From NCBI GenBank assembly GCA_965365445.1, contig CBDUBS010000005.1:1-52814 (forward strand): DNA of 52,814 nucleotides, read 5' to 3'. A model generated the notes under the pieces. That model ran no database searches. It was not told the origin of the DNA and saw only the letters and a list, made by a program, of their open reading frames with translations. Source of the DNA: an uncultured bacterium. Its GTDB lineage: Bacteria > Bacteroidota > Rhodothermia > Rhodothermales > DASSAV01. The position numbers and the translations under genes are program-made. Shown in pieces: positions 9,146-21,045 of this stretch; the stretch's first letter is position 1; each line of letters opens with the position of its first letter.

Positions 9146-11470
9146 TCAGGATTGAATCTTCAGCCGCTGCCCGGTGCGGATGGTATTCGAGCGCAGGCCG
9201 TTCAGCCGCTTGATGTCGTCTACCGTAACGCCATGTTTCCGCGCGATTTCGGTGAGGTTGTCGCCGCGACGCACTTTGTACGTGATCGTTTTCTTCGCCG
9301 GCGCTTCTACCGTGCGTGACGCGGAGCCGCCGGAGTAGATGGTCAGTCGCTGCCCGGAGCGGATGGTCGAGCTGTGCAGCCCGTTCCATTCCTTGATGCT
9401 CTCCACGGTTACGCCGTACTTGTCGGCGATCTTGCCGAGCGAATCCCCCCGGCGCACTTTGTACGTAATTTTCTCTGCACGTGCGCTTGCGGAAGCCGTC
9501 GTCGCGCTCGATCCGGAGGAGTACAGTTTAAGCTTTTGCCCGGAGCGGATGGTCGAGCTGCGCAGGCCGTTCCACTCCTTGATGTCGGTAACCGTTACGC
9601 CGTACTTGTCGGCGATCTTGCCGAGCGAATCCCCGCGCCGCACCGTGTAGGTTACGCGCGTATCGGCGTTCGTTTCGCGGGCGGCCGGAGCGTTTTCCGC
9701 CGCAGTCCGGCTGCGCTGCTCGGTCCGGGTATCGCTGGCATTGACAACCGGTGTTGCATTGCGGGTTTCGGGCCTGGCGCCGCCCTGATACGGGCGCAAG
9801 CCGGTGATGGGCCGGACGGCGCGTTCGCCGTATTTGACGGTCAGTACGTCGGCTTCGGCCAGTTCGGCCAGCGGAGCGGAGCCGTCGTACACCGGCACCG
9901 GAATGATGAGGCGCTGGCCCGCTTTCAGTGTCGTACTGCGCAGGTTGTTCGCCTCTTTCAACTCCGTCGTGGACATTCCGTGCTGTTTGGCGATTTTGCC
10001 GAGCGAATCCCCACGCCGGACCACGTAATCCTGCGTCGTGACGCGCTTCTGGGAATCCGGGACCCTCGAGTACGCCTGGGCAAACTGATCGTAGGTCCCC
10101 ATCGGGATCCGGAGCGGGTAAGCGGCCTTGCTCGAAGGGGGCAGCGCATTGCGCCGCAGCTCCGGGTTGAGCGCTTTGATCGTCTCGACGTCCGCACCCG
10201 TCATGTCGGCCACTGCCGCCAGCGAGAGCGATCCCCGGATGGGAACGTAGTGATACTCGTACCGGGGGCCCGGCTTGATGTCCGGCAGGTTGAAGGCGTC
10301 CGGGTTGGAGGCCACCAGGGCGGCCGCGATATACATCGGCACGTAGCCGCGGGTTTCTTTGGGAAGGTATTCCCAGATCTCCCAGAACGACGCTTTCTGC
10401 CGGCCGAGCCGCCGGAGCGCTTTCGATACGTTGCCGGCGCCGCAGTTATAGGCTGCCAGGGCCAGTTGCCAGTCCCCGAACGTTTCATTCAGATCCCGAA
10501 GGTGCCGGGCCGCGGCGCGGGTTGCTTTCTCCGGATCGCGGCGCTCGTCCACCCAGGTATTTACGTTCAGGCCGTACATCCTGCCGGTGCCGGCGATGAA
10601 TTGCCACATCCCTACGGCCTGCGCCCAGCTCTGGGCAAACGGGTTGAGGCCGCTTTCGATCATGGCGAGGTATTTGATTTCGTCGGGTACGCCTTCCTCT
10701 CTCAGGATCTGCTCGATCATCGGGAAGTAGGTTTCCGCCCGGCTCATCCACTTGTACAGGTGCTTTTCCGGGGTGCGCATCAGGTACGCGATGCTCTGTT
10801 CCACCAGCCGGTTCATCGTCATTTCGACTACCGTGTGCGCCGGTTGCAACTTGGGCAGCATCACGTCTTCCAGCAGCGGGTGGTCCACTTCGTTGAGCCC
10901 CGCGAACATATCGGCGCGCAACTGGAAGATGTCGCCGTACTGCGGGTTGAGCGAATCGGCGGAAACCCCGTAGTACGTCTCGTATTCCCCGATGACCGAG
11001 CGGTACGTTTCGGAGAAGCGCGGACGATCCATTACGCCGGGGTGCTGGAGCAGGGTGCTCAGCTCCGTCATGGCGAGTTCGAGCAGCCGTTCGGCCTGCT
11101 CATTGTTTCCATCGGCCTGGGCTTTGAGCACATCGGCCTGAAGCCGATAGATCCGGCTGATCCGGTTCAGGATTTCCGTTTCGCTCAGGGTGTCGCCGGG
11201 CTGGCTGTCATCGGCAATGAATTCGCCGGCGAGTCCCTGGGGCGCCATTCCTCGGGCTACCGGCAGGTCTTTCGGGGGCAGCGCCCCGGGTCGGACGAGA
11301 GGAGCCTTTTCGGCCGGGCGCGCCGTTGCATCCTTGCTGGGCGCTTCTCTCATTCCCCACGTGCGCTGCGCCTGGCTGGGTGCAACGCACGTAAAAACGA
11401 GTACCACCACGGGGATAAAAATCTTTCGATACACAGGCACCTCCGTCCGGAAGGGTTGATCGGTTGGCAA
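9146..11470 (-). CDS. mltD: Membrane-bound lytic murein transglycosylase D-like (SLT domain followed by four C-terminal LysM domains)
   Basis: 774 aa with a signal peptide. SLT-domain motifs ([33 protein letters not shown]...[10 protein letters not shown]) are followed by four LysM repeats ([12 protein letters not shown]...G...L...N.L). The long antisense ORF 9374-11533 is rejected. Confidence 0.9.
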   Translation of the reverse strand: MPTDQPFRTEVPVYRKIFIPVVVLVFTCVAPSQAQRTWGMREAPSKDATARPAEKAPLVRPGALPPKDLPVARGMAPQGLAGEFIADDSQPGDTLSETEILNRISRIYRLQADVLKAQADGNNEQAERLLELAMTELSTLLQHPGVMDRPRFSETYRSVIGEYETYYGVSADSLNPQYGDIFQLRADMFAGLNEVDHPLLEDVMLPKLQPAHTVVEMTMNRLVEQSIAYLMRTPEKHLYKWMSRAETYFPMIEQILREEGVPDEIKYLAMIESGLNPFAQSWAQAVGMWQFIAGTGRMYGLNVNTWVDERRDPEKATRAAARHLRDLNETFGDWQLALAAYNCGAGNVSKALRRLGRQKASFWEIWEYLPKETRGYVPMYIAAALVASNPDAFNLPDIKPGPRYEYHYVPIRGSLSLAAVADMTGADVETIKALNPELRRNALPPSSKAAYPLRIPMGTYDQFAQAYSRVPDSQKRVTTQDYVVRRGDSLGKIAKQHGMSTTELKEANNLRSTTLKAGQRLIIPVPVYDGSAPLAELAEADVLTVKYGERAVRPITGLRPYQGGARPETRNATPVVNASDTRTEQRSRTAAENAPAARETNADTRVTYTVRRGDSLGKIADKYGVTVTDIKEWNGLRSSTIRSGQKLKLYSSGSSATTASASARAEKITYKVRRGDSLGKIADKYGVTVESIKEWNGLHSSTIRSGQRLTIYSGGSASRTVEAPAKKTITYKVRRGDNLTEIARKHGVTVDDIKRLNGLRSNTIRTGQRLKIQS
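9150..10030. repeat. Intragenic tandem LysM-module repeats, near-identical at the nucleotide level
   Basis: Units of about 183 bp repeat (for example around 9370-9470 and 9550-9650). The plus-frame peptide [22 protein letters not shown] recurs, reflecting near-identical minus-strand LysM coding units. Confidence 0.6.
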
Positions 11471-11642
11471 CGCCGTGTTAAAGCGTTACTCGAAGTAAGC
11501 GATTCCGGCAGGTACAATACTGCCCCGCCTTAACGAATGCAAGCCGGCAGTCCCAAAAAATTAAGGATTAAAGTGCAAGTTTTTCACACATATCCTGAAC
11601 CGGCCTGGAGCGGGGGACAAACAAAATGCGATCCACTTTCAG

Positions 11643-13196
11643 CTACAGGGGCAGGTTGTTGTGCTTCTTTCGAGGATGGTTAACCACCTTATTCTGGAGC
11701 ATTTCGAGCCCACGGATCAATTTGGGCCGCGTATGGGCTGGTTCGATCACGTCGTCGATGTATCCGTACTCCGCCGCGACGTAGGGGTGTGCAAATTTTT
11801 CACGATACTCCGCGATGAAAGCCTGTTCGGCCGCCGCGGGATCGGGGGCTTTTTCTATCTGCCGCCGGTACATAATTTCCACGGCTCCCTGCGGCCCCAT
11901 TACGGCAATTTCAGCCGTCGGCCAGGCCAGGTTCAGGTCGCCGCGGATGTGCTTGGAGTTCATTACATCGTAGGCTCCTCCGTAGGCTTTGCGGGTGATT
12001 ACCGTTATCCGGGGCACCGTCGCCTCGCAAAAAGCGAAAAGCAGTTTGGCGCCGTGGCGGATGATGCCGTTCCACTCCTGAGCCGTACCCGGCATGAACC
12101 CCGGCACGTCCTCGAACACCACCAGCGGAATGTTGAAGGCGTCGCAGAAACGCACGAACCGGGCCCCCTTGACCGAAGCATCCATATCCAGAACGCCGGC
12201 CAGAACCTGCGGCTGATTCGCCACGACACCCACCGGCCTCCCATCGAGCCGGGCGAACCCGACGATCAGATTGGGGGCGAACGCCTGGTGGATTTCGAAA
12301 AAGCGGCCGTCGTCCATTACCTTCCGGATCACTTCGTACATATCGTACGGTCTGGTCGAATGCTCCGGTACGATGTGGTTCAGGCTCTTCTCGATTCTGT
12401 CCGGCAGATCCGTCGGCGCGGTCCGGGGAGGGGAATCCTCGCAGTTCTGCGGGAGATACGCCAGCATTTCCCGGATCCGCATCAGGCACTCTACGTCGTT
12501 GCTGCTGGTGACGTGCGCCACGCCACTCTTCGTAGCGTGGGCAGACGCCCCTCCCAGATCTTCGTGGCTCACTTCTTCCCGGGTCACGGTTTTTACCACA
12601 CTCGGCCCGGTCACGTACATGTAGCTCGTATCCTGGACCATGAATACGAAATCGGTAATGGCGGGGCTATACACGGCGCCGCCCGCGCAAGGCCCCATTA
12701 TGGCGGAAATCTGGGGCACCACTCCGGAAGCGATCGTGTTTTGCAGGAAAATCTCGGCGTAACCGCCCAGCGACACGACGCCCTCCTGTATGCGGGCGCC
12801 CCCGGAGTCGTTCAGCCCGATGATGGGGGCTCCGTTATCCAGGGCCAGATGCATTACCTTCAGGATCTTGTCCGCGTGCGCCTTGCCGAGCGAGCCCCCG
12901 AAAACGGTAAAGTCCTGGCTGAATACGTACACCGGCCTGCCGCCGATCTTTCCGAAGCCGGTAACCACCCCGTCGCCGTAGGGTCGGTTTTTTTCCATGC
13001 CGAAGTCGTGCGAATGATGCCGCACGAACAGGCCGAGTTCCTCGAACGTGCCCTTATCCAGCAGCACGTCGATGCGCTCCCGGGCGGTCAGTTTGCCTCG
13101 TTCGTGCTGCCTGGCGATACGCTCCTCACCGCCCCCCTGCCGGGCTTCTTCCCGCCGCCGACGCCATTCTGCAAGGGGTGATGGATCGGTGCTCAT
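11643..13196 (-). CDS. Acyl-CoA carboxylase carboxyltransferase (beta) subunit (propionyl-CoA carboxylase / methylmalonyl-CoA carboxyltransferase family)
   Basis: 517 aa with paired carboxyltransferase N and C domains ([14 protein letters not shown]...GGARIQEG...[13 protein letters not shown] and VANQP...GVLD...KGARF...NIPL...DVPGFMPG). Antisense ORF 11661-13181 is rejected. Confidence 0.9.
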   Translation of the reverse strand: MSTDPSPLAEWRRRREEARQGGGEERIARQHERGKLTARERIDVLLDKGTFEELGLFVRHHSHDFGMEKNRPYGDGVVTGFGKIGGRPVYVFSQDFTVFGGSLGKAHADKILKVMHLALDNGAPIIGLNDSGGARIQEGVVSLGGYAEIFLQNTIASGVVPQISAIMGPCAGGAVYSPAITDFVFMVQDTSYMYVTGPSVVKTVTREEVSHEDLGGASAHATKSGVAHVTSSNDVECLMRIREMLAYLPQNCEDSPPRTAPTDLPDRIEKSLNHIVPEHSTRPYDMYEVIRKVMDDGRFFEIHQAFAPNLIVGFARLDGRPVGVVANQPQVLAGVLDMDASVKGARFVRFCDAFNIPLVVFEDVPGFMPGTAQEWNGIIRHGAKLLFAFCEATVPRITVITRKAYGGAYDVMNSKHIRGDLNLAWPTAEIAVMGPQGAVEIMYRRQIEKAPDPAAAEQAFIAEYREKFAHPYVAAEYGYIDDVIEPAHTRPKLIRGLEMLQNKVVNHPRKKHNNLPL

Positions 13197-13219
13197 GGTA
13201 CGCTCCGTAATAGGCCGAA

Positions 13220-14557
13220 TTATCCTTTGAATCGGGCTTCTATGGTTTCGGTAAACCGGATGGCCGGTTCGCTATAGATGTCCACCTGGTGTTTACGGAA
13301 CACCTCCTGCCCGATGATCTGGGATGCCTGCACCCACGACCCCGCTTCGCCGATCGACCGCAGCACCCGCTCGTATTCCTCCCTGCTGCCGGAGAATAGT
13401 TGCGTGACATACCGATCGCGCTGGCCGGCCGGTAGGTTTCCCAATACGGCGCGCTCCAGTACGTCCAGGCTGGTGTCTGTGGGGTTTGGCTCTTCCGTAC
13501 TTCGGAACCGCATCCATAACGGGATTCCTCTGGGGGGCGCGCCGGGAGCCGTGGCGACCACCGCCCGACGCGTCGGCGCATCCGAACGGATCGGCTCGAC
13601 GCGCGCGCCGGAGGCCGGGCGCTGAAACTGCTGCCACAGGGGGATCGGTTTTGCCTCCTCCGCCCCGGATTGTTTCACTACCCCGGACTGCTTCACGGCG
13701 GTTGCCGCTTCCCCGGCCGGCTGCGGTTTTGCCGCCGGCTTCTCGGCCTCCGGCGCCGGCTGCACGCCGGTGATCGGTTCCGGAGCGGCCAGCAGTTCCG
13801 GCAACTGGCTTTCGGAAACGGCCACCAACCGCTGCTCCTCGCGGGCGTTCTGTAGCCTGCGGACGGCTCCTTCCAGCCCTTTCTCTCCAAAAAACCCGAT
13901 CAACAGATCCACCGGCGCTCCGATCTCCCGGTAGACCGGCGTCCGCCTCGACAGTTCGTACAGCGGAGCCAGCAGCCGCAGCCAGTCACCGGCCTTGTAA
14001 TCGCGGGTAAATTGCCGATCGCTGTGCTCCAGCAACTTCTGAAATCGCTCCCGTTCGAATTCCTGCACGTCGCGCTGCCCGGCATAGGCCCGGACGACCT
14101 CCCGCAAGTAACCGTACGGCGCGAAATACGCCATGCGCTGGTATACCGTTTGCACCGGCAGGGGCTCCTCGTGCGACTCGAACGTAAACTCCACCAGCGT
14201 TTGCACCGGCGAAGCCAGATAGCCTACTACCAACTGGACCGCATGGCGTAGCAACGCCGGCCAGTCGTCGGCGGGCGCCCGTGGATGAGCGGCAAGGGCC
14301 GATGCGAGCGCTCGCTGCGCTTCCCGTACGTCCGGGTGATCCATGGCGAACCATTCCGATCGCAGCTTGAGCACCTGCCGGCTCTCGACCTCCGCTCGGT
14401 GCCTGACGGCGTGTTCCAGGAAGTGCCGTACCGGCTGGGGCATCGGCGCTTCATCGATATCTTCCGGCGTGTATGCCCGGTCGGGGGGAAACACCTCGAC
14501 CAGCCGATTGAATAGAGCGCTGGTAAAATCGCGGTGCATGACGTCTTCTATAGGCAC
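13220..14557 (-). CDS. Hypothetical protein (445 aa) with a central Pro/Ala/Lys-rich low-complexity linker
   Basis: Long ORF in the same orientation as the carboxyltransferase gene, 24 nt upstream of it. Linker [34 protein letters not shown]. No recognisable domain motif. Confidence 0.6.
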   Translation of the reverse strand: MPIEDVMHRDFTSALFNRLVEVFPPDRAYTPEDIDEAPMPQPVRHFLEHAVRHRAEVESRQVLKLRSEWFAMDHPDVREAQRALASALAAHPRAPADDWPALLRHAVQLVVGYLASPVQTLVEFTFESHEEPLPVQTVYQRMAYFAPYGYLREVVRAYAGQRDVQEFERERFQKLLEHSDRQFTRDYKAGDWLRLLAPLYELSRRTPVYREIGAPVDLLIGFFGEKGLEGAVRRLQNAREEQRLVAVSESQLPELLAAPEPITGVQPAPEAEKPAAKPQPAGEAATAVKQSGVVKQSGAEEAKPIPLWQQFQRPASGARVEPIRSDAPTRRAVVATAPGAPPRGIPLWMRFRSTEEPNPTDTSLDVLERAVLGNLPAGQRDRYVTQLFSGSREEYERVLRSIGEAGSWVQASQIIGQEVFRKHQVDIYSEPAIRFTETIEARFKG

Positions 14558-14985
14558 GTGGAACCTCCAAACCTGGCCGTTGCTGTTCGCTCTCTCATTC
14601 CGAACCCCGGATGACCCCTCGGAATCTACGGCTTCTCCATCGTTTCATGGAACCATGCGAGGTGGTTTTTCTGAACAGGCGCCGGCTCGTGTCTGCAACG
14701 CAAATAATGCACCCGTTAGGCATGTTGTTCGGACTATGAGGTATAAGTTGCGTATTACCAGCAAGATGAGTTAAAGAGTATGACTTCGCTCCAACGGGGG
14801 ACCGTGCCTGCTCTGTCTCCAACCGGCCCGACGCCTGTACCATCCTGTGGACAACGAAGCGTGTTGCGCGGAGCCTTGCTGGGCAAAAGGGGAACAAGCC
14901 CGGCGCCGGCGCGTGTGACCGTCCGAACAAAATCTATCGGCGCCGTGCGCACGCCGGCCGCTTTTCCAGTGAAGTTGGTACCCCC

Positions 14986-15291
14986 ATGCCTATACAGACG
15001 ATCGATGTCGATAAACTCTCCGACAAAGTCGGCAGCATTTACGAGTCCGTGGTGATCCTCGGCAAGCGCGCCCGCCAGATCTCGACGAAGATGAAGGCGG
15101 ATCTCGACGAGAAGTTATCGTATTACGAGGGCTTCGAGTCGGAGCTGGAGGACCCTCGTTTCCAGGACGAGCAGACGAAAATATCGCTCGAACACGAGAC
15201 GAAACCCAAGCCGACCGAATTCGCCATTCGCGAAATGTTCAACGACGAAATTTATTACCGCGATCCCTCGGTGGAAGAGATCGAGGAATAG
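14986..15291 (+). CDS. rpoZ: DNA-directed RNA polymerase subunit omega (Bacteroidota-type RpoZ)
   Basis: [15 protein letters not shown] core motif of omega, plus an acidic C-terminal extension. 101 aa. Confidence 0.75.
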   Translation: MPIQTIDVDKLSDKVGSIYESVVILGKRARQISTKMKADLDEKLSYYEGFESELEDPRFQDEQTKISLEHETKPKPTEFAIREMFNDEIYYRDPSVEEIEE

Positions 15292-15328
15292 TACGGGTTT
15301 CATTTACTCCCCGAACCGTCAGGACTTG

Positions 15329-15361
15329 AGCCCGGAGCCGTCGCTTCCGGGCTTTTTCTTT
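15329..15361 (+). terminator. Rho-independent terminator after rpoZ
   Basis: Stem GCCCGGA / TCCGGGC with a 9-nt loop, followed by CTTTTTCTTT. Confidence 0.55.
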
Positions 15362-15572
15362 GAGGGCCGGGCGGGCCCGAGCGGAGGGCTCCAGCGATTT
15401 GTATGAACCCGTGTTAAAGTGCGGTTTTACACCCGGTTTTAACGAAACGAATCCCCCTTTTCCGTGTTCTAGCTTTGTTTTCCCTGTTCGGTCCGGAGGG
15501 CCGGCAGCCATCAGACTCGAGCGGGCGCCGCTTTGCTGCGGGAGCGCTACTCGGCAGAAGCAAGACGGGCGT

Positions 15573-18530
15573 ATGAACGAACGCATCATTATCCGTGGCG
15601 CGCGCGAACACAACCTGAAGAACATCGATCTGGACATTCCCCGCAACCGCCTCGTCGTGATCACGGGGCTTTCGGGTTCGGGGAAATCGAGCCTCGCCTT
15701 CGATACGATTTACGCTGAAGGCCGCCGGCGGTATATGGAGAGCCTGAGCGCTTATGCCCGGCAATTCCTGGGCGTAATGGAACGTCCCGATGTCGATTTC
15801 ATCGACGGCCTCTCGCCGGTCATCGCCATCGAGCAAAAAACCGTCGGAAACAACCCCCGTTCTACGGTAGGCACCGTTACCGAGATTTACGATTTCCTCC
15901 GGTTGCTTTACGCCCGGGCGGCGACGGCCTACTCGTACATCTCCGGAGCGCCCATGCGGAAGCAATCCGACGACGAGATCATCGACGGTATTCTGGCTTT
16001 GCCTACCGGGGCCCGGGTGCTGCTGCTCGCTCCGGTCGTCAAAGGGCGCAAAGGGCATTACCGGGAGTTGTTCGAGCAGATTGCCCGGCAGGGTTTCGAG
16101 CGCGTCCGCATCGATGGAGAAGTGCGCGAAATTACCGACGGCATGCGCGTAGACCGGTATAAAACCCACGATATAGAAGTCGTCGTGGACCGGCTCGTCA
16201 TCAAGGAAGGAATCCGGCATCGGGTTGCGCAGTCGGTTGAGACGGCTCTCGGTATGGGAGGAGGAACGCTGGTAGCCGCCATGCTGCCGGAGAGCGGCTC
16301 GGAGGCCGAGCCGAAGGACTTCCTGTTTAGCCGCCATCTGTTCAGCCCCGAGGACGGCATTTCGTACGACGATCCCTCCCCGAATACGTTCTCCTTCAAC
16401 TCACCGTATGGAGCCTGCCCGGATTGCAACGGCCTGGGCGTCAAGCGGGAGCTCGACCTCGCGCTCATTATCCCGGATCCGGCGCGTTCGATTGCCGAGG
16501 GCGGCCTGGCCCCTCTCGGCAAACCCCGGGATGTATGGTTCTTCAGCCAGTTACAGGCCGTCGCCGAAGCATTTGCGTTTTCGTTTGCCACGCCGTTGAA
16601 CGCGTTGCCCGACGAGGCGCGTCGCATCATCCTCGAAGGGGCCGGCGACCGGCAGTTCGACATCGTGTATAAGTACAAGGAGCGGGAAGTGCGCTACCAG
16701 CACCGTTTCGGCGGGCTGCTCGAACACCTCTGGCATACGTACGAAAATACCAGCTCGCCCACGCAGCGCAAATGGGCCGAGTCGTTCATGCGCGAGATGG
16801 CCTGCCGCACCTGTGACGGCGGCAGGCTCCGCCGGGAAAGCCTTTCTTTTCGGATCGGCGGAAAACACATCGCCGAGCTCGTCCGTATGGATCTGGTTTC
16901 GCTGCTCGGCTTTTTCGACCGGATCGAGCTTACGGAGCGCCAGGCCGTCATTGCCCGGCCCATCGTCAAGGAAATCCGCGAGCGCCTGGGATTTCTGATC
17001 AATGTGGGGGTGGGATACCTCAGTCTCGACCGGGTGGCCCGCACGCTCTCCGGAGGCGAAAGCCAGCGTATCCGGCTGGCTACGCAGATCGGCACGCAGC
17101 TCACCGGCGTGCTGTACGTATTGGACGAGCCTTCCATCGGGCTTCATCCCCGCGATAACGACCGCCTCATTGCGTCCCTGAAACAACTCCGCGACCTGGA
17201 TAACTCCGTACTCGTCGTGGAACACGACCGCGAGATGATCGAGGCGGCCGATTTCGTCGTGGATCTGGGGCCCGGCGCCGGCGAGCATGGAGGGGAGGTT
17301 CTTCGGGCGGCTACGCCTTCGGAAATCCTGCTCAACGGAGACGGCCGGGAGAGCCTCACGGCAGAGTACCTTCGCGGCGATCGGCAGATTCGCGTTCCCG
17401 GCGAGCGGCGCACCGATACGCTTGGAACCATCACGCTCAGGGGCGCTGCGGGCCACAACCTCCGTGGCGACGATTTGCACCTGCCGGTAGGGACGTTCAT
17501 CTGCGTAACCGGGGTCTCCGGGTCGGGCAAGTCAAGCCTGATCAATCAGACCCTTTACCCGATTCTGGCCAAGCATTTCCACCGGGCGCGCATCATCCCG
17601 TTGCCGTACGTGTCCATCGAGGGGATGGACCTGATCGACAAGGTGATCGATATCGACCAGAGCCCCATCGGGCGTACGCCCCGCTCCAATCCGTCCACGT
17701 ATACCGGGTTGTTTTCGCACATCCGCGATCTGTTCGCACAGTTGCCGGAGTCCAAGATTCGGGGTTACAAACCCGGGCGCTTTTCCTTCAACGTGAAGGG
17801 CGGGCGGTGCGAAACCTGCAAGGGCGCGGGCATCATGAAGCTCGAAATGAACTTCCTGCCCGACGTATATGTGGAGTGCGAAACCTGCAAGGGCCGGAGG
17901 TACAACGCCGAAACGCTCGAAGTGAAATACGGCGGGAAGTCCATTGCCGACGTGCTGGAGATGACCGTTGCCGAGGCGCTTTCGTTCTTCGAAAACGTTC
18001 CCCGTATCGAGCGCAAGCTGCGGACGCTGCACTCGGTGGGCCTGGATTACATTCGCCTGGGTCATCAGGCTACCTTGCTTTCGGGGGGCGAGGCCCAGCG
18101 CGTCAAGCTCTCCCGCGAGCTCTCCCGACCCGGCACCGGCAAAACCCTGTACATACTCGATGAGCCCACTACCGGGTTGCACTTCGAGGATATCCGGCAT
18201 TTGCTCAACGTGCTGCAGGCGCTCGTGCGTAAAGGCAACACGGTGCTCGTCATCGAGCACAACATGGATGTGGTCAAGGTGGCAGATGTAGTGGTGGATC
18301 TCGGGCCGGAAGGGGGAGCCGAGGGCGGGCGCATCCTGTTTACGGGCACGCCTGAAGAACTCGCCCGGCAGGACTCATACACCGGCCACGCTATGCGACA
18401 CGAGCTTTCCCGCCGTCGTGCCGTCAGGGAAACGGAGGAAGAAGTCGTCAATCTGGATGCCTTCCTCTCCGAGGACGACGACTTCGAATCCGTTGAGGAT
18501 GAGGAGGAGGAAAGCGCGCCGGTGGATTGA
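15573..18530 (+). CDS. uvrA: Excinuclease ABC subunit A (UvrA)
   Basis: [54 protein letters not shown] at the N-terminus. Two ABC ATPase modules, zinc-finger cysteines ([23 protein letters not shown]) and LSGGE signatures. The ATG at 15573 is in frame; the upstream 213-nt extension of ORF 15360 overlaps the rpoZ terminator. Confidence 0.97.
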   Translation: MNERIIIRGAREHNLKNIDLDIPRNRLVVITGLSGSGKSSLAFDTIYAEGRRRYMESLSAYARQFLGVMERPDVDFIDGLSPVIAIEQKTVGNNPRSTVGTVTEIYDFLRLLYARAATAYSYISGAPMRKQSDDEIIDGILALPTGARVLLLAPVVKGRKGHYRELFEQIARQGFERVRIDGEVREITDGMRVDRYKTHDIEVVVDRLVIKEGIRHRVAQSVETALGMGGGTLVAAMLPESGSEAEPKDFLFSRHLFSPEDGISYDDPSPNTFSFNSPYGACPDCNGLGVKRELDLALIIPDPARSIAEGGLAPLGKPRDVWFFSQLQAVAEAFAFSFATPLNALPDEARRIILEGAGDRQFDIVYKYKEREVRYQHRFGGLLEHLWHTYENTSSPTQRKWAESFMREMACRTCDGGRLRRESLSFRIGGKHIAELVRMDLVSLLGFFDRIELTERQAVIARPIVKEIRERLGFLINVGVGYLSLDRVARTLSGGESQRIRLATQIGTQLTGVLYVLDEPSIGLHPRDNDRLIASLKQLRDLDNSVLVVEHDREMIEAADFVVDLGPGAGEHGGEVLRAATPSEILLNGDGRESLTAEYLRGDRQIRVPGERRTDTLGTITLRGAAGHNLRGDDLHLPVGTFICVTGVSGSGKSSLINQTLYPILAKHFHRARIIPLPYVSIEGMDLIDKVIDIDQSPIGRTPRSNPSTYTGLFSHIRDLFAQLPESKIRGYKPGRFSFNVKGGRCETCKGAGIMKLEMNFLPDVYVECETCKGRRYNAETLEVKYGGKSIADVLEMTVAEALSFFENVPRIERKLRTLHSVGLDYIRLGHQATLLSGGEAQRVKLSRELSRPGTGKTLYILDEPTTGLHFEDIRHLLNVLQALVRKGNTVLVIEHNMDVVKVADVVVDLGPEGGAEGGRILFTGTPEELARQDSYTGHAMRHELSRRRAVRETEEEVVNLDAFLSEDDDFESVEDEEEESAPVD

Positions 18531-18685
18531 GCGGTTCATGGCGTTTTCTCACGTCGAGCCCCTTCAATCCCCGAAAAGCCGTCGCACCCGAACCGGGACT
18601 CCGGATCTTCGCTACGTTCTCTGTGTTTAGAGCGGGTTACGTCAGGAACGCCGAAAGGTCTCAATCAGCCGAGGATATCACGACC

Positions 18686-19264
18686 TTGAATGAAGAAGTC
18701 GACGTTCGGGTAGCCGGTCCCGAGCATCAACCCTATGCGGAAGCCGTGTGCGCGCTCATCGAAGAGGCCGCCAGAGCCCGAGGTACGGGTATTGCCAAAC
18801 GCGAGCCGGAGTACATCCGCAATAAAATGCGGGAGGGCAAAGCCGTTATCGCGCTGGCGGGCGATCAACTGGCCGGATTCTGCTATATCGAGACGTGGCA
18901 GCACAATAAATACGTCGCCAACTCCGGGCTCATCGTGGCTCCCGACTTCCGCCGGGGCGGCCTTGCCAAGCGCATCAAGAAGAAAGCATTCGATCTCTCC
19001 CGCGAGAAGTACCCTGAAGCCAAGTTGTTTGGTATCACCACCAGCCTTGCCGTAATGAAAATCAATTACGAGCTGGGCTACAAGCCGGTCACCTTCTCCG
19101 AGCTTACCCAGGACGACGTGTTCTGGAACGGCTGCCAGAGCTGTCCCAATTTCGATGTGCTTACCCGCACCGGCCGGAAAATGTGCCTCTGCACCGGTAT
19201 GCTCTTCGACCCCGCCGACCGCAAACCCGGTGCGCCCGGCGACGCGGAGGAAAAACCGGAGTAG
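18686..19264 (+). CDS. GNAT-family N-acetyltransferase. Start uncertain: the ORF-track TTG at 18527 overlaps the uvrA stop, and the in-frame TTG at 18686 gives 192 aa.
   Basis: Motifs AVIALAGDQLAGFCYIE...ANSGLIVAPDFRRGGLAKRIKKKAF (acetyl-CoA binding R/Q-x-x-G-x-A/G region) are typical of amino-acid N-acetyltransferase-like GNATs. Confidence 0.6.
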   Translation: MNEEVDVRVAGPEHQPYAEAVCALIEEAARARGTGIAKREPEYIRNKMREGKAVIALAGDQLAGFCYIETWQHNKYVANSGLIVAPDFRRGGLAKRIKKKAFDLSREKYPEAKLFGITTSLAVMKINYELGYKPVTFSELTQDDVFWNGCQSCPNFDVLTRTGRKMCLCTGMLFDPADRKPGAPGDAEEKPE

Positions 19265-19533
19265 GTCCCGTACCTCTCTGAAGCCCGCGCCGGCGCCGCT
19301 CCATCCATCCGGAACCCCTTTTCCGGCGGATCCAATGCGTCATAAATCCATGGACGCCCGGTGTATATTCTCCGGCGCTTTGTCTACATTCGCGCTAAAG
19401 CCTCCGGCTCGTTTTTGTATGAGCCTCGGCGCCTCCCGCTGATCCGAAGGGTCGCGCCGGGTATCAATCGTTCTAATCCGGTACCGCCATGTTACCCCTG
19501 TTATTACTTTCCAGAGTCGTATTACGACCTTTT

Positions 19534-20856
19534 ATGTTGCTTCTGGCCGTTGCCATGATCGGGCTGATCCACCACAAAACGGTGCAGGCCCAGGGCTTCG
19601 GCATCTACGAGCACGGCACCTGCGCTATGGGCCGCGCCGGAGCCACCGTCGCCGCGGATTGTGATGATGCTTCCGGCATTTTTTATAATCCTGCCGGTCT
19701 CTCCGGTAAAACGGGCTTCCGGTTCACGGCCGGTGCTACGGTCATCGGTGCTTTCGGCGAGTTTACCAGCAATACCGGAGGTCGGACGACCGAACTCCAG
19801 AACGACCCCATCCCTGTTCCTCATGCATACCTGAGCTATGGACTCGACGAGAAGCTGGCCTTTGGTCTCGGGTTCTACGTTCCCTATGGCCTGGGAACCG
19901 TGTGGCCGGAGAACTTTGAAGGTCGTTTTCTCAGCTACGACAGTGGTCTCGAGTCATTCTACATCCAGCCGACCGTGGCCTACCGGTTCCTGGATAACGT
20001 CTCCGTGGGCGCCGGTCTTACCTATGTAATCGGCAGTGTAGAGCTGAACCAGCGAGCGGATCTTTCCCGGCAGATCGTACCGGGGGCCGGCGTACCCTTC
20101 AGTCAGGTCGGTGTACCGGTGGGCACCGACTTCGCCGACGTAAACCTCGAAGCCGGCGGAGCGACCGGCATTGGCGGCAACTTCGGGCTTCAGGTGGACC
20201 TGACCCGGCAGTTCTCCATAGGCGCCCGGTACATGACGCCCGTAAAACTCGAGTACGAGGGCGACGCCACGTTCCGGCAGATTTCAACCGGTATCGTTCT
20301 TCCCGGAGCTCAGCCGGTGCCCGTCGATGTCGTTCTGGCGGCTCAGTTTGCTCCCGGCCAGGCCCTCTCCGCTCAAACGGCAACCACCGAAATTACGATG
20401 CCGGGACAGATGGCTGTTGGAATCGCCTTCCGGGCCACCCCGGACCTGCTGCTCCTTGCGGATTACCAGCGCGTTTTCTGGTCCGTTTTCGACGAAATCG
20501 TCCTCGATTTTCAGTACGCGCCAACCACCACACAGGTGGAGAACTACAACGATACCAATGGCATCCGTGTAGGGGCCGAGTACACGTTGAGCCCGGCACT
20601 GACGTTACGCGCGGGCGCCCTCGCCCATTCCGCCGCCGCGCCGGATGAAACCGTGACGCCGCTGCTTCCCGAAGCGGCCCGCCGGGAGTTTACACTCGGG
20701 GCGGGGTGGAAGATCGTGCCTGCCGCGGAACTGAACGTGGCTTACCAGTATCTCGGCCAGTCCGACCGCGAAGGCCGCACGCACGAAGGGCCGAACAACG
20801 GCACGTATTCGTTCGGGGCGCACATATTCGCCGGATCGCTTACGGTGCGCCTGTAA
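19534..20856 (+). CDS. Outer-membrane transport protein of the OMPP1/FadL/TodX family
   Basis: Signal peptide MLLLAVAMIGLIHHKTVQAQG and the N-terminal FadL-family motif GFGIYEHGTCAMGRAGA...GIFYNPAGL. Beta-strand-rich protein with a C-terminal aromatic-rich strand. A start at the in-frame ATG at 19534 is preferred over 19489. Confidence 0.8.
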   Translation: MLLLAVAMIGLIHHKTVQAQGFGIYEHGTCAMGRAGATVAADCDDASGIFYNPAGLSGKTGFRFTAGATVIGAFGEFTSNTGGRTTELQNDPIPVPHAYLSYGLDEKLAFGLGFYVPYGLGTVWPENFEGRFLSYDSGLESFYIQPTVAYRFLDNVSVGAGLTYVIGSVELNQRADLSRQIVPGAGVPFSQVGVPVGTDFADVNLEAGGATGIGGNFGLQVDLTRQFSIGARYMTPVKLEYEGDATFRQISTGIVLPGAQPVPVDVVLAAQFAPGQALSAQTATTEITMPGQMAVGIAFRATPDLLLLADYQRVFWSVFDEIVLDFQYAPTTTQVENYNDTNGIRVGAEYTLSPALTLRAGALAHSAAAPDETVTPLLPEAARREFTLGAGWKIVPAAELNVAYQYLGQSDREGRTHEGPNNGTYSFGAHIFAGSLTVRL

Positions 20857-20876
20857 TCGAACCTGTAACAGGCTTG

Positions 20877-20913
20877 AAAAGGGCTCCGCCGTGAACGGAG
20901 CCCTTTTTTAATT
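20877..20913 (+). terminator. Rho-independent terminator after the FadL-like gene
   Basis: AAAAGGGCTCCG-ccgtgaa-CGGAGCCCTTTTTTAATT: a perfect 12-bp GC-rich stem followed by a T-tract. Confidence 0.8.
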
Positions 20914-21045
20914 AGGTGACCGGGAGCGGTGAGAAGGCCAGGTTTAATGATTGAAGAACAAATGGTGTAGAAGTTTGCCAACGACGAGTTTATCCCCCTA
21001 TTTTCTTCTTTTCAACGGAAGCGGGCAAGAAATCATCCAGATCCA

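Noticed and set aside
9374-11533. 719-aa plus-strand ORF
   Set aside because: Fully antisense to the SLT/LysM transglycosylase gene. The translation is Arg/Gly/Pro-rich with no domain motifs.
11661-13181. 506-aa plus-strand ORF
   Set aside because: Antisense to the acyl-CoA carboxyltransferase beta gene, which shows unambiguous family motifs.
15360-15572. N-terminal extension of the uvrA ORF (start at 15360)
   Set aside because: The extension overlaps the rpoZ terminator hairpin, and the canonical UvrA N-terminus [18 protein letters not shown] starts at the ATG at 15573.
15414-16337. 307-aa minus ORF and other minus/plus ORFs inside uvrA (16058-16678, 16551-17480, 17532-18260)
   Set aside because: All lie inside and antisense or out of frame to uvrA, with low-complexity Arg/Ser/Pro-rich products.
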